Positions 1 through 9,195 of a stretch of 59,173 bases of DNA are shown here, one piece after another. Made by a program: the position numbers and the translations under genes. The first letter of the stretch is position 1, and every line of letters begins with the position of its first letter. The notes beneath the pieces are model-generated. The model did no database searches. It was not told where the DNA came from and saw only the letters and a program-made list of their open reading frames with translations. The DNA is taken from positions 1 to 59,173 of the forward strand of contig CAZDHE010000002.1 of assembly GCA_964505305.1 (NCBI GenBank). The letters are read 5' to 3'. This DNA is from an uncultured Bdellovibrionales bacterium. GTDB lineage: Bacteria > Patescibacteriota > Minisyncoccia > Moranbacterales > DUUL01.

Positions 1-34
1 ATAATATTTCCGGGTATGTTTCTATAATAGGAGG
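1..34. repeat. 34-bp sequence, perfect inverted copy at 59119-59152
   Basis: ataatatttccgggtatgtttctataataggagg (1-34) is the exact reverse complement of 59119-59152. Confidence 0.95.
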
Positions 35-82
35 GTTAGGGAGGATTTACCGATCGACGGAATACTCCCCCAAACCCCTATT
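27..82. repeat. Intergenic hairpin repeat (gttaggga...tccc..aacccct family)
   Basis: Imperfect inverted repeat ataggagggttagggagg / ctcccccaaacccctat; similar hairpin at 3841-3922. Confidence 0.5.
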
Positions 83-205
83 CACCAAGCAAACAAACTT
101 CCTCGAAAAAGGGTAAATTTGCAAGCAGTTGCTTTTTTCAAATGGAGGTCTTTCAAGATGGATTTATTTTTCAAAAAGAGGGAGTACAAGGAAAATTTAA
201 TTTAG

Positions 206-357
206 TAACTGATGCTACGCATTTCTCAAAGCAGTCTTTTTAAAAAATCCCTGGAGTTCGACTTCTGCATCAGCGGAATTCGAACTTCAAGCTGTTGCGT
301 AATTGGAAAATACGTTCATATTAAACTATAATAAATATATGCGCGTAACATCAGTTA
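206..357. mobile_element. ~150-bp MITE/REP-like element, copy 1 (inverted relative to copies 2 and 3)
   Basis: Ends taactgatgctacgc ... gcgtaacatcagtta (15-bp terminal IR, 1 mismatch); internal palindromes gagttcgacttc and gaattcgaacttc; homologous to 30744-30896 and 58946-59087. Confidence 0.8.
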
Positions 358-544
358 GTAATTTAAGGTGCTTATATAATTCAGGAACTGCTTAAAAAAT
401 CATTCTTTTGCCAAACCTGACCGGAAAATTTATGGAATTTCCAATTTTCAACAATTAATTTGGAAATGGTTTGGCTTTGTTTGTTTCTTTCATCAGACAC
501 AATAATGCTAATCAGGCTCTTACGGGCTTTTTTCGAATTTGATT

Positions 545-3145
545 TTACGGCGGGCTCTTCTTTTTCGATTTCTTTTGATCCAAATCTCTTCTTTTTACTA
601 TCCGGTTTTTTATCGGCAAAACCCATATCCACTCCCCGCTTTCGGATTCCATTTCATAAAACTCATCCTCCTCAACAGCGTCTTTTTCATATTTAACTTG
701 ATGAGCTTTATCTCCATCGGGATATCTCAGAGTCACCGTTGCTTTTTTGTTTAAAAGAGAAAAGGCGCAATTCTTTCTTTGTAAAGCCTTAACCTCTCCG
801 GCCTTGATTTCAAAATTTTCTCTTATGGGATGATTAAATAAATTATCCTCATTTTTTCCGGTAGCCACAGACCATCCCCGCAAATTAACATCTTCTTCAC
901 TTTTATTTTTAATCCAAATCTTCTCTCCCTCGCTGTCTCTTCCAACCGGATTGGGAAGCAGTTTTACTATTTCAATTTCGTAATCGGGATATTCTTTAAC
1001 GTCCACTTCAAACTCTTTAAAAACATCCACGCTTGGATCGCCAACTCTGACTCTGACTAAATACTCATCCTCTTCTTTATAAATATGAGAAGTCTCCTTT
1101 TGATAGCTTTTGCGGCCGTCTCCAAACTCCCATCTAAATTTCAATTCATCACCATCGGCGTCTTCTAAGTTTTTTAATTTGAAATAAGTTCTAATGTTTT
1201 CATAAATTTTTTCGGGTTTATCAATTTCAAATTCAGGCGGATGATTTGGCTTATTCTCTTTGCCCGGAGTTGTAAAATGACTCCAACTCCAATCATCTTT
1301 TTTGTTTTTATTCCAAGAAGAACCGGGGGGAGAGGGATCCGGATATTCAACTTTGTCAACCTGTTTTTCATTGGGATTATCCAAGCTGAGCCAGCCTCCG
1401 CTATTGCGAATGGAAAAGGAGGTTTCTTTGAGTTTTAAAACTTTAATTTCTTCCGGATCAAGGGATAATTTTTCTATTTTAAAACTCTGTCCCGATTGAT
1501 TTTTAATCTCCCAATCGGCTAAATCAACTTTTTTATTATCCAAATTTACAAATTCAATCCATTCTTTTTCCTTGTCTATTCCTTCGGGATTGGGTAAAAA
1601 TTCATTTATTCTTATTTTTTCAGAATATTTTTTTGGCCGGGGAAATCGGTTGTCTTCTTTGGGAGTTAAAATTTTCGTCCATTTCCAATTATTTTCCTTA
1701 TCTAAAGCATAAGAAGACCCCTCCTTGGATCCATCGTATTCCACTCCGCTGATTTCTTCATTTTGAGAATTTCGCAAAGAAACCTTTTCATCTCCGTTGT
1801 TCATCCCAAAACCGAATCTGTCCCTTTTTACAACTAAATAGTCTTCCGCTTTCACTTCATCTTTTTCAGAAAAAGAAAAATACTCTTTCACCTCTTTTTT
1901 TCTCAATAAATTTTCATCCGCCAAATAACACCCTTCCAGAGAAACCTTTTTCTCTCCCGGATTATGAATTTCCACCCATTCGTTCTCGGTCTCATTTTCC
2001 TCCGGGTTGGGGAAAATTTCCGAAATTACCAAATTATCCGGGCATTCAGCCGGCTCCGGAAATTTATTTTTACTCTTCGGCGTCTGCTTCGGCGTCCATT
2101 TCCACTCGCCCTTCTCATTTAAAGCATATGAATGACCTTCTATAGGATTGGCATACTTTTTTTTATCCAAAACAACTTCTTCTTCGGCCAAAAAATAAAC
2201 CGTTTCTTCTCCGTCATTTAAGACAAAATTAACCTCTTCTTGATTAACCTTCAAATAATCTTCGCTCTTGATTTTTGCATCCGAATCGAAGCAAAAATAG
2301 TCATTCAAGTCCTTATTTTCGTTACTAAAAGCATTTTCGTCGGTTAAGCAGCAACCCTGCAAAGAAACCTCTTCTTGGCCGGAATTAAAAAGCTCAATCC
2401 ATTCGATCTGATTTTCCTTTTTCTTGGATTCCGGATCCGGATTGGGATAAATTTCGTTGATAAAAACTCCTTCAATTTGAGGGTTGTCTTCAAGATTACA
2501 AGAAATATCTTTCCCGACTTGCTCTTCTTCATCTTCAAATCCTCCACTGTTTTTTTCTTTTGGAGTTCCGCCCGGATTAGCGCTTGTTTGCCAATCACCC
2601 TCGGAATTCCTCTCCATAGTTCTTTTGGAATCATTATCTCCAGCCGACCAACCATCTTTCGCAAAAACTGCTTTATCCAAAATTTCTTCGGAATTAACAT
2701 CTCTCAAAAAAAGATTTTCCCCCTCGTTACCAAGCGCTCCCGTATATGTCTGGTCGCAGGTCACTCCGGGGACACTCTCATTATCGGTTCTCTCTAAGAG
2801 AAAAAATTCTTTGGGTTCAATTTCGCCTTCCAACTCAATTTCCAAATCACTGTCTTCATTTTCTATGACTAAACTCTCCAAGCTAAGATCTTCTTCTGAA
2901 TTATTAAAAAGCTCTATCCATTCATTATTATAATTTTCTTTTGTCCCCATCCAGGCTATTTCATTTATTATAACTTTATCAACCGGCTTTTCCTCTTCAG
3001 AAGCCCGAGAAAAATCAAATAAAAAAGAAACAGTGGCACAAACCACCAAAAAAACAAGCGGACACACAAAGCTCCCGATTAAAAAAAGAATCTTTTTAAA
3101 CTGTTTTAATCTCTCCCTCCTGAACAACAATTGAATAATCTTCAT
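545..3145 (-). CDS. Membrane-anchored lamin-tail-domain repeat protein with PKD domain
   Basis: N-terminal hydrophobic segment; five I(N/S)E..P(N)P...EW(I/V)E..N-type repeats; FRWEFGDG PKD motif. Confidence 0.8.
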   Translation of the reverse strand: MKIIQLLFRRERLKQFKKILFLIGSFVCPLVFLVVCATVSFLFDFSRASEEEKPVDKVIINEIAWMGTKENYNNEWIELFNNSEEDLSLESLVIENEDSDLEIELEGEIEPKEFFLLERTDNESVPGVTCDQTYTGALGNEGENLFLRDVNSEEILDKAVFAKDGWSAGDNDSKRTMERNSEGDWQTSANPGGTPKEKNSGGFEDEEEQVGKDISCNLEDNPQIEGVFINEIYPNPDPESKKKENQIEWIELFNSGQEEVSLQGCCLTDENAFSNENKDLNDYFCFDSDAKIKSEDYLKVNQEEVNFVLNDGEETVYFLAEEEVVLDKKKYANPIEGHSYALNEKGEWKWTPKQTPKSKNKFPEPAECPDNLVISEIFPNPEENETENEWVEIHNPGEKKVSLEGCYLADENLLRKKEVKEYFSFSEKDEVKAEDYLVVKRDRFGFGMNNGDEKVSLRNSQNEEISGVEYDGSKEGSSYALDKENNWKWTKILTPKEDNRFPRPKKYSEKIRINEFLPNPEGIDKEKEWIEFVNLDNKKVDLADWEIKNQSGQSFKIEKLSLDPEEIKVLKLKETSFSIRNSGGWLSLDNPNEKQVDKVEYPDPSPPGSSWNKNKKDDWSWSHFTTPGKENKPNHPPEFEIDKPEKIYENIRTYFKLKNLEDADGDELKFRWEFGDGRKSYQKETSHIYKEEDEYLVRVRVGDPSVDVFKEFEVDVKEYPDYEIEIVKLLPNPVGRDSEGEKIWIKNKSEEDVNLRGWSVATGKNEDNLFNHPIRENFEIKAGEVKALQRKNCAFSLLNKKATVTLRYPDGDKAHQVKYEKDAVEEDEFYEMESESGEWIWVLPIKNRIVKRRDLDQKKSKKKSPP

Positions 3146-3291
3146 CGTTGCAGGAAAGCGTTTTTACTAATGCAAAAGACAAAATCGACCGCTTAATATC
3201 CCGATTGTTCAGAATTTGAATTTCAAAAAAATTTTTGCCGGGAAATAAAAATTGAAGTAGCGCATAAAATTTGCCATTCACTTTTTTAGCA

Positions 3292-3645
3292 TTAGCCGAA
3301 AAGATAAGACCAAAAAATAACTATTCCTATTAAAGCCGCCCCGACTGAGCCTATTAAAACAATTGAAGCGGTTACGTCTTTAAGCATTTTAGCGTATGGG
3401 TGAATTCGAGGCTTGAAAATATTCACCAATCTCTCTACTAAAGTATTTATAGCCTCTAAAATTAAAACTCCAAAAATAGCAAAGATGATAGCCACAATTT
3501 CCCATTTTTCCATTTTCAACAAAAAGGCTATCAACAAAACAAAAATGCCGACCAAAACTTCGATTCTAAAATTTCTTTCTTTGGCCAGCATATACCAAAA
3601 ACCTCTCGAAGCATGCCTAAAACTGTAAAAAAACTTTCTTGACAT
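3292..3645 (-). CDS. dgkA: Diacylglycerol/undecaprenol kinase (DgkA family)
   Basis: 117 aa, three hydrophobic helices, ERNFRIE, ILEAINTLVERLVN and KDVTAS motifs. Confidence 0.9.
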   Translation of the reverse strand: MSRKFFYSFRHASRGFWYMLAKERNFRIEVLVGIFVLLIAFLLKMEKWEIVAIIFAIFGVLILEAINTLVERLVNIFKPRIHPYAKMLKDVTASIVLIGSVGAALIGIVIFWSYLFG

Positions 3646-3654
3646 AAAATTTGA

Positions 3655-3688
3655 TTAGCTTTTTAGCTTGTAGCTTTTAGCTTGTTAA
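3655..3688. repeat. AGCT-core ~7-bp tandem repeat
   Basis: ttagcttttagcttgtagcttttagcttg; related arrays at 6075-6165 and 37109-37175. Confidence 0.75.
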
Positions 3689-3840
3689 GTTATTAAAACA
3701 AAACTCTTGGCTATTCAGAAAATATCATTGTTTCATTACTTGACTGCTTTTACCGAATAACTCCATCGGCATTCGCTAAAAATCTTCTGTTAATGAAATG
3801 CTTATCTAATATCTTTAAATTACGAAAAACTTTTTTATTC

Positions 3841-3922
3841 CCTCTTTTCCCAAAGAAGAGTTAGGGAAGGTCTGCTGACCGGCAAGATAACTCCCTCCTA
3901 ACCCCTCTTCTGCAAAAGGAGA
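3841..3922. repeat. Intergenic hairpin between dgkA and murA
   Basis: gaagagttagggaagg ... ctccctcctaacccctcttc inverted repeat, with outer cctctttt/aaaaggag arms. Confidence 0.55.
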
Positions 3923-3970
3923 AAATATAAGGAAAATTTAATCTCGTAATTCAAGATAATATTCAAAAAA

Positions 3971-5251
3971 TTAATCAATTCGCTCAATATCCACTCCCAA
4001 ACTTTTCAACCTATTATCGATATCCTCGTATCCCCTGTCAATCTGATAAATGTTATCTATGACCGTCTCCCCCTCGGCAATAATACCGGCAATTACCATA
4101 GTAATTCCGGCTCTCAGGTCCGGACTGGACAATCTTTTTCCATAAAGCTTGGAGGGTCCGGTAATAACCACTCTATGCGGATCGCACATTATGCTTTGAG
4201 CCCCCATAGTAGCCAATTGATCAGTAAAAAAGAGTCTTCCCTCAAAAATGGCTTCATGAATAAGCGAGGTCCCCTCGGCCTGCGTCATCAACAAAGTGTA
4301 AGGAGGTTGTAAATCAGTGGCAAAACCGGGATATTCATGAGTGGTGATAGAAACCGCTTTCAGGCCGGAGTGCTTGCGTGTTTTAATATAATTCTCGCCC
4401 ACCTCCAAGTCGGCTCCGGCTTTTTTAAGAATCGGCAAGACCGCCCCCAAATGTTCCGGATTGCAATCGGTTATTTTTATTTCACTATTAGATGCCAAAC
4501 CCAGCATCACAAAAGTCCCCGTTTCTATTCTATCCGGAATTACTTCAAATTCACCGGCGGATATTTTTTCCACGCCTCTTATTCTCATTACCGGAGTCCC
4601 GGCCCCTTCAATTTGAGCTCCTTGACTATTTAAATAATCCGCTAATACTGAAATCTCCGGCTCCATAGCGCAATTTCTCAACACGGTTTCTCCTTTTGCC
4701 AAAACCGCGGTCATCATCATAGCCTCTGTTCCGGTTACTGAAATTTTGGGGAAAAAGTATTCAGCTCCTGCCAAGAAGCCTTCTTTGCTTTTTAGGTAAA
4801 ACTGGTCTCCACGGGACTCCATTTCCGCTCCCAAGGCCTGAAACCCTTCCAAAAACATATCGATCGGCCTTTTACCGATAACACATCCTCCCGGATGAGT
4901 CATCTTAACCTTGCCAAATCTGGCAAGCAGAGGACCGACCAAAAGAATAGAGGCTCGTAAGCTTCGAGCTAATTTCCCATCCAAGTCAGCTTCTTGTATT
5001 CCCGCCGGATCAACTTCCACTTCCTTTTCATCTTGATTTCTTGTTACTTTTGCTCCCATACTCTCCAAGAGTTCCAACATTCTTTGCGTGTCCTCGATGA
5101 AGGGAAAATTCTTAATTAAACATCTGTCTTTGGATAAAACCAACCCGGCCAGAATCTTTAAAGCCGCATTTTTAGCGCCATTAACCTTTATTTCTCCTCC
5201 GATTTCCTTTTTTCCGATAATTTTAAATTTTTTGTCTAAATTCATTGCCAT
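3971..5251 (-). CDS. murA: UDP-N-acetylglucosamine 1-carboxyvinyltransferase
   Basis: GAKNAAL, LRASILLVGPLLAR, PGGCVIGKRPID (active-site Cys loop), PDRIETGT, PGFATDLQ, DLRAG. Confidence 0.97.
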   Translation of the reverse strand: MAMNLDKKFKIIGKKEIGGEIKVNGAKNAALKILAGLVLSKDRCLIKNFPFIEDTQRMLELLESMGAKVTRNQDEKEVEVDPAGIQEADLDGKLARSLRASILLVGPLLARFGKVKMTHPGGCVIGKRPIDMFLEGFQALGAEMESRGDQFYLKSKEGFLAGAEYFFPKISVTGTEAMMMTAVLAKGETVLRNCAMEPEISVLADYLNSQGAQIEGAGTPVMRIRGVEKISAGEFEVIPDRIETGTFVMLGLASNSEIKITDCNPEHLGAVLPILKKAGADLEVGENYIKTRKHSGLKAVSITTHEYPGFATDLQPPYTLLMTQAEGTSLIHEAIFEGRLFFTDQLATMGAQSIMCDPHRVVITGPSKLYGKRLSSPDLRAGITMVIAGIIAEGETVIDNIYQIDRGYEDIDNRLKSLGVDIERID

Positions 5252-5437
5252 TTATTATATCTTAAGATGTTAGAATTCAAAGCGTTATTTACACCTCACA
5301 AGAGCGAGGGAGGTAAAATTGTAAATAACGCCGGCAAATATTGCACTTAATAAAACCAATCTACTTTTTAAAAGAAATTATTGTTTGTCAATTTGCCACA
5401 GCAAAACCGTTAACCTGACCATTGACTCAAAAGCGAC

Positions 5438-5926
5438 TCAACGCCTTGATTTCTTGAATAAAATCATAAAAACAAAGGGGAGCGCCACCCAAATAAACCG
5501 AGCTTTCTCAGAAATTAAGAATTTATGCGAAAAAGAAGTAAAAAAATCTTCCAGCTCCTTAGGACTAAACCACTCTAAAATTAAACTCCCCGTCATTCCT
5601 ACTGCCAACAAAGACAGCAACAGCATCTGCAAAAAAACAATCAATTTTTTGCCTCTCAGAGAAAAAGAAAAAGTTTTGCGAAGATTTATATAACAAAACC
5701 ACCCCAATAAGATAAATAGGGCGGCCTTCCATCCCCCCGAATTGGGAATAAAATAAGCAAAAGACAAAATGGTGTAAGCTACATATATAGACAGCACTAA
5801 TGCGCCCAAGTTTTTCTTATTAACGGTAAAAACCAAGGCCAGCCCTAACAGCAAAAACAAAATTACCAACCAAACATCTCCGGCATATGCCTCGGGAATT
5901 CCCATTTTGATTAAAAATTCAATCAT
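5438..5926 (-). CDS. Hypothetical membrane protein (~4-5 TM)
   Basis: 162-aa ORF with several hydrophobic segments, collinear with neighbours. Confidence 0.7.
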   Translation of the reverse strand: MIEFLIKMGIPEAYAGDVWLVILFLLLGLALVFTVNKKNLGALVLSIYVAYTILSFAYFIPNSGGWKAALFILLGWFCYINLRKTFSFSLRGKKLIVFLQMLLLSLLAVGMTGSLILEWFSPKELEDFFTSFSHKFLISEKARFIWVALPFVFMILFKKSRR

Positions 5927-6074
5927 TTTGTTTTATTGTTTTTTAAAAATTTGACAATTCCGCTTCCGATTTTATTTTATCCGGGATATTTTTTTTGTCA
6001 ATAAATTAATTTTAGGTTGATTTATTTATCAAAAAATATTGCTAAAACAAACCCTTTTCCGCCTGATTACTTAA

Positions 6075-6165
6075 CAAGCTAATCAGCTAAAAAGCTACCA
6101 GCTACAAGCTAAAAAAATTTTCCATAAAGCTAAAAAGCTACAAGCTACAAGCTAAAAGCTAAAAA
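6075..6165. repeat. AGCT-core ~7-bp tandem repeat downstream of tRNA-Leu
   Basis: aagctaatcagctaaaaagctaccagctacaagct...aagctaaaaagctacaagctacaagctaaaagct. Confidence 0.75.
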
Positions 6166-6166
6166 G

Positions 6167-6250
6167 TGCCCCGAGAGGGACTTGAACCCTCATGCGCCAA
6201 AAGCGCCACGGCCCTCAACCGTGTGTGTATACCAATTCCACCATCGAGGC
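6167..6250 (-). tRNA. tRNA-Leu(GAG)
   Basis: GCCTCGATGGTGGAATTGGTATACAC...CACGG-TTGAGGG-CCGTG, long variable arm, GGTTCAAGTCC T-loop, paired acceptor stem. Confidence 0.95.
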
Positions 6251-6259
6251 TTTGCGTGT

Positions 6260-6700
6260 TTATTTCGATTCTTTTTTGTCCTCTTCTTTCTTGGCGCTCT
6301 CTTTTTTCTTCTCTTGGTTTAATTTTTCCATTTGCTTTTTTTCTTCTTCGGTAAGACCTTTGACTTTCATTTTAGCTGATTTTCCAAATCTTTCTCTCAT
6401 ATAATAAAGCTTGGAACGCCTTACTTTGCTGTGGCGAAGAACTTCTATTTTTTCAATAGCGGGAAGATTTACCGGCAATGTCATTTCAGTGCCTATTCCC
6501 TGGGATTCTCTTCTAACTTTAATAGTAGGAGAAGCGCTTTGTTTTCCTTTAATAGAAATCACCAAACCCTTAAAAACCTGGACTCTCTCCTTTTGTCCTT
6601 CTTTAATTTTTTTGTGAACACGAACAATATCACCGCTTTGAATATGCGGAATATCTTGACGCCGCTGTTTTTTGTTGAATTCAATTACCTTTTGATCCAT
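6260..6700 (-). CDS. rplS: 50S ribosomal protein L19
   Basis: GDIVRVH...EGQKERVQVFKGLVI and KVRRSKLYYMRERFGKSA motifs. Confidence 0.97.
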   Translation of the reverse strand: MDQKVIEFNKKQRRQDIPHIQSGDIVRVHKKIKEGQKERVQVFKGLVISIKGKQSASPTIKVRRESQGIGTEMTLPVNLPAIEKIEVLRHSKVRRSKLYYMRERFGKSAKMKVKGLTEEEKKQMEKLNQEKKKESAKKEEDKKESK

Positions 6701-6850
6701 AACCTTAAATTAAAATAGTTAGATTATTCTTAGAATAAACACATCATAACTCAAAAATCAAGCACGGTCAAGCGTAAGTTTGACTTTTACTTGCTGGTCA
6801 ATACCTAACCCTTGTCTCTTTTTTAGCTTTTAGTTTTAAGTTATGGTTTT

Positions 6851-6970
6851 AACCCGATCGGAACATCTTTGCTCCACAAGAGTTCCACCGGGTTAACTTT
6901 TGAGTTTTGTCCCGAGTGCTCGGGATTGAGTTTTGATTTCTTAATCTCTTACTTCTTGCTCCTTGCTTCT
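6851..6970. repeat. Hairpin + ttttga-rich module, direct copy of 7780-7935
   Basis: acccgatcggaac...caagagttccaccgggtt followed by ttttgag repeats and cttgctccttgctt. Confidence 0.7.
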
Positions 6971-7137
6971 TTTTTCTTACACTTATTGACAAATATCTTC
7001 CAGCCTACCCCTAAACCCGACAATCAGTGTTTGTCGTATTTAGCTATAAAAAGGGCAAATTTGGGAAATCCAAAGGTCAATCCCTTTTTTCTTGCTTCTT
7101 GCTGATTGCTCCTTTTATTCCTCTATCCATATTTTAA

Positions 7138-7602
7138 CTATTCCACCTTAGCCTTTAAGTTAGCCAACTCTTGTTCCAGAAATTTAATTTTGTTCATTAC
7201 TTCTTCTTTGTCAGCCTTTTTATCTAAGTTAGTATTGATGTTCTTAATTTCTACTTCAATTTTACTTAAGCGGCTTTCAATATTATCAAATCTTTGATTG
7301 ATGCGATCAAATTCTTCCATGGTAGTGTCGCGAAATTGGTACATTTCTTTCTGGAAGTTGTCAAATCTATTTTCTGAATTATCAAATCTACTTTCTAAGT
7401 TGTCAAATCTGTTTTCTAAGTTATCGAATCTGTTTTCTAAGTTATCGAATCTGTTTTCTAAGTTATCGACTTTTTTGCTTAAAGCCGTCTGCCCTTCAGC
7501 AATAATTTGTATCCCATCATTCATATTTTCCAAAAGAGTCATCACTTGACTTTCGGAAAATTTATTTTCTTTTTCTTGATTGTCTTTTTTGGATTTCGAC
7601 AT
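7138..7602 (-). CDS. Coiled-coil heptad-repeat protein
   Basis: (N/S)RFDN(L/S/F)E repeated about 5-6 times, encoded by a 21-bp tandem repeat at about 7356-7469. Confidence 0.8.
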   Translation of the reverse strand: MSKSKKDNQEKENKFSESQVMTLLENMNDGIQIIAEGQTALSKKVDNLENRFDNLENRFDNLENRFDNLESRFDNSENRFDNFQKEMYQFRDTTMEEFDRINQRFDNIESRLSKIEVEIKNINTNLDKKADKEEVMNKIKFLEQELANLKAKVE

Positions 7603-7741
7603 AGATTTAACTTAAAAGCTTCTTATCTTAACTGTCATTATAAATTGTTTGAAAATTAAGTCAAGAAAAAAATTTAAAGATTGCTCCACATTCTCAATAC
7701 AGTTTTAATTCCCTTGGTTAACAGAATGGTCTTGGACTTCC

Positions 7742-7935
7742 GACCCGGCTGGAACTTCAAAGGACTATTCCATCGGGCTGACCCGAGTGGAACAATCTTG
7801 CTTTGCAAGAGTTCCACCGGGTTGACCTTTGACTTTTGAGCTATTATTTTGACCTTTGAATTTTGAATTTTGAGTTGTGGATTTGACCTTTGACTTTTGA
7901 GTTTTGAGCTTCTCCTCCCTTGCTCCTTGCTTTTT
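7742..7935. repeat. Two hairpin copies + tttgac/tttgaa tandem repeat
   Basis: gacccggctggaac...ttccatcggg and acccgagtggaac...caagagttccaccgggtt, then tttgacctttgacttttgag arrays and cttgctccttgctt. Confidence 0.7.
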
Positions 7936-8010
7936 TTATTTGGATTTTGATTTTTGTTGGGGCTTTGAGCTTTCTATTTTGTACCTTCTTCCCCGCTTGG
8001 GCTTTGAGTT

Positions 8011-8946
8011 TTATTCCTCTTCCAACTCAAAAGTCTTTTTTGATTTAAACTCATACTTTTCCCCATCCATATACTCAAATCTTATTTTGTAAGAATGCAA
8101 TAGATGCCGCGGGTATTTTAAATTATTCTCTTGAACAAGCTTATTAAAATACTTCTTGTCTCCCACTATCGGATGGCCGATAGAGTGCAAATGAATTCTA
8201 ATCTGATGCTTTCTTCCGGTTTTAAGCACAACTTCCAAAAGAGAAGAATCGCCGTATTCTTCCAAAACTTTATATTCAGTAATTGCTTCCTTGGGATTAA
8301 TAAGTTTTTCAGGTAAACAACTGGTGGCTTGCTTGGTTGGATCTTTGCGCGATCTGCCTATAAAACTTTCTATTTTTCCGCTTGTTTTTTTGAGTTTACC
8401 CCAAACCACGGCCCGATAAACTTTTTCCACTTTTCTGTCTTGAAAGAGGCTCTTAAAATATTGAAAGGCTTTTTGGTTTCTTGAGACAATCAAAAGCCCC
8501 GAGGTTTCTTTGTCTATCCGATGAACAATGCCCGGCCGCCAGGAATTCTCTCCAACACCCTTTATCTCCGGATAATAATACAACAAGCTTTCCGCCAAGG
8601 TGCCGAACCTCTCCTGCGGGCAGGGATGAGTGCTAATGCCAGCCGGCTTCTCTACAACCAAAAAATCAGGATGTTCATATATTAAATTAAATAATTTTTC
8701 TTTTTGCGGCTTAACCTCCACTTCTTCAACTTCCACTTCTCTTAACTCATCGCCAAAGGTCACCTCATCCCCTGTCTTCAGCTGATAGTCGGGCTTCACC
8801 TGCTTGCCATTAACCAAAATGTCGCCAGTCTTAATTTTATCTTGAAAAAACCGGCGTGATCGGCCGGCATCTCGAGCTTGGAAATATTCGGTAACAAACT
8901 TATCCAAGCGACTTTTTAATTCTTGACTATAGATAATTCTTTGCAT
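8011..8946 (-). CDS. RluA/RluD-family pseudouridine synthase with S4 domain
   Basis: RLDKF S4-like N-terminus; RPGIVHRIDKETSG (catalytic Asp); TGRKHQIRIH; GDKKY. Confidence 0.95.
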   Translation of the reverse strand: MQRIIYSQELKSRLDKFVTEYFQARDAGRSRRFFQDKIKTGDILVNGKQVKPDYQLKTGDEVTFGDELREVEVEEVEVKPQKEKLFNLIYEHPDFLVVEKPAGISTHPCPQERFGTLAESLLYYYPEIKGVGENSWRPGIVHRIDKETSGLLIVSRNQKAFQYFKSLFQDRKVEKVYRAVVWGKLKKTSGKIESFIGRSRKDPTKQATSCLPEKLINPKEAITEYKVLEEYGDSSLLEVVLKTGRKHQIRIHLHSIGHPIVGDKKYFNKLVQENNLKYPRHLLHSYKIRFEYMDGEKYEFKSKKTFELEEE

Positions 8947-9053
8947 AAATAAATCTAACTAAACAATCATAAGACATGAAGTCCGATTTATTGAGGGAGG
9001 TGGTGGCGACGATAAATTTAATTTTGGTCTTTAAAACCAAATTAATTTTGTTG

Positions 9054-9136
9054 TGCCGGGGAGAGGACTCGAACCTCCACGGGACTATCCCACATGCTCC
9101 TAAGGCATGCGTGTCTACCAATTTCACCACCCCGGC
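9054..9136 (-). tRNA. tRNA-Leu(TAG)
   Basis: GCCGGGGTGGTGAAATTGGTAGACAC-GCATGC-CTTAGGA-GCATG, long variable arm, GGTTCGAGTCC T-loop. Confidence 0.95.
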
Positions 9137-9195
9137 TTTTGTTGAAAATTCAAAAATTAAACACTCTTGCTCTACAGTCTGAGAAACCTACTCCC

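Noticed and set aside
7356-7469. CRISPR-like repeat
   Set aside because: Contiguous 21-bp units without spacers, inside a coding heptad repeat; no cas genes.
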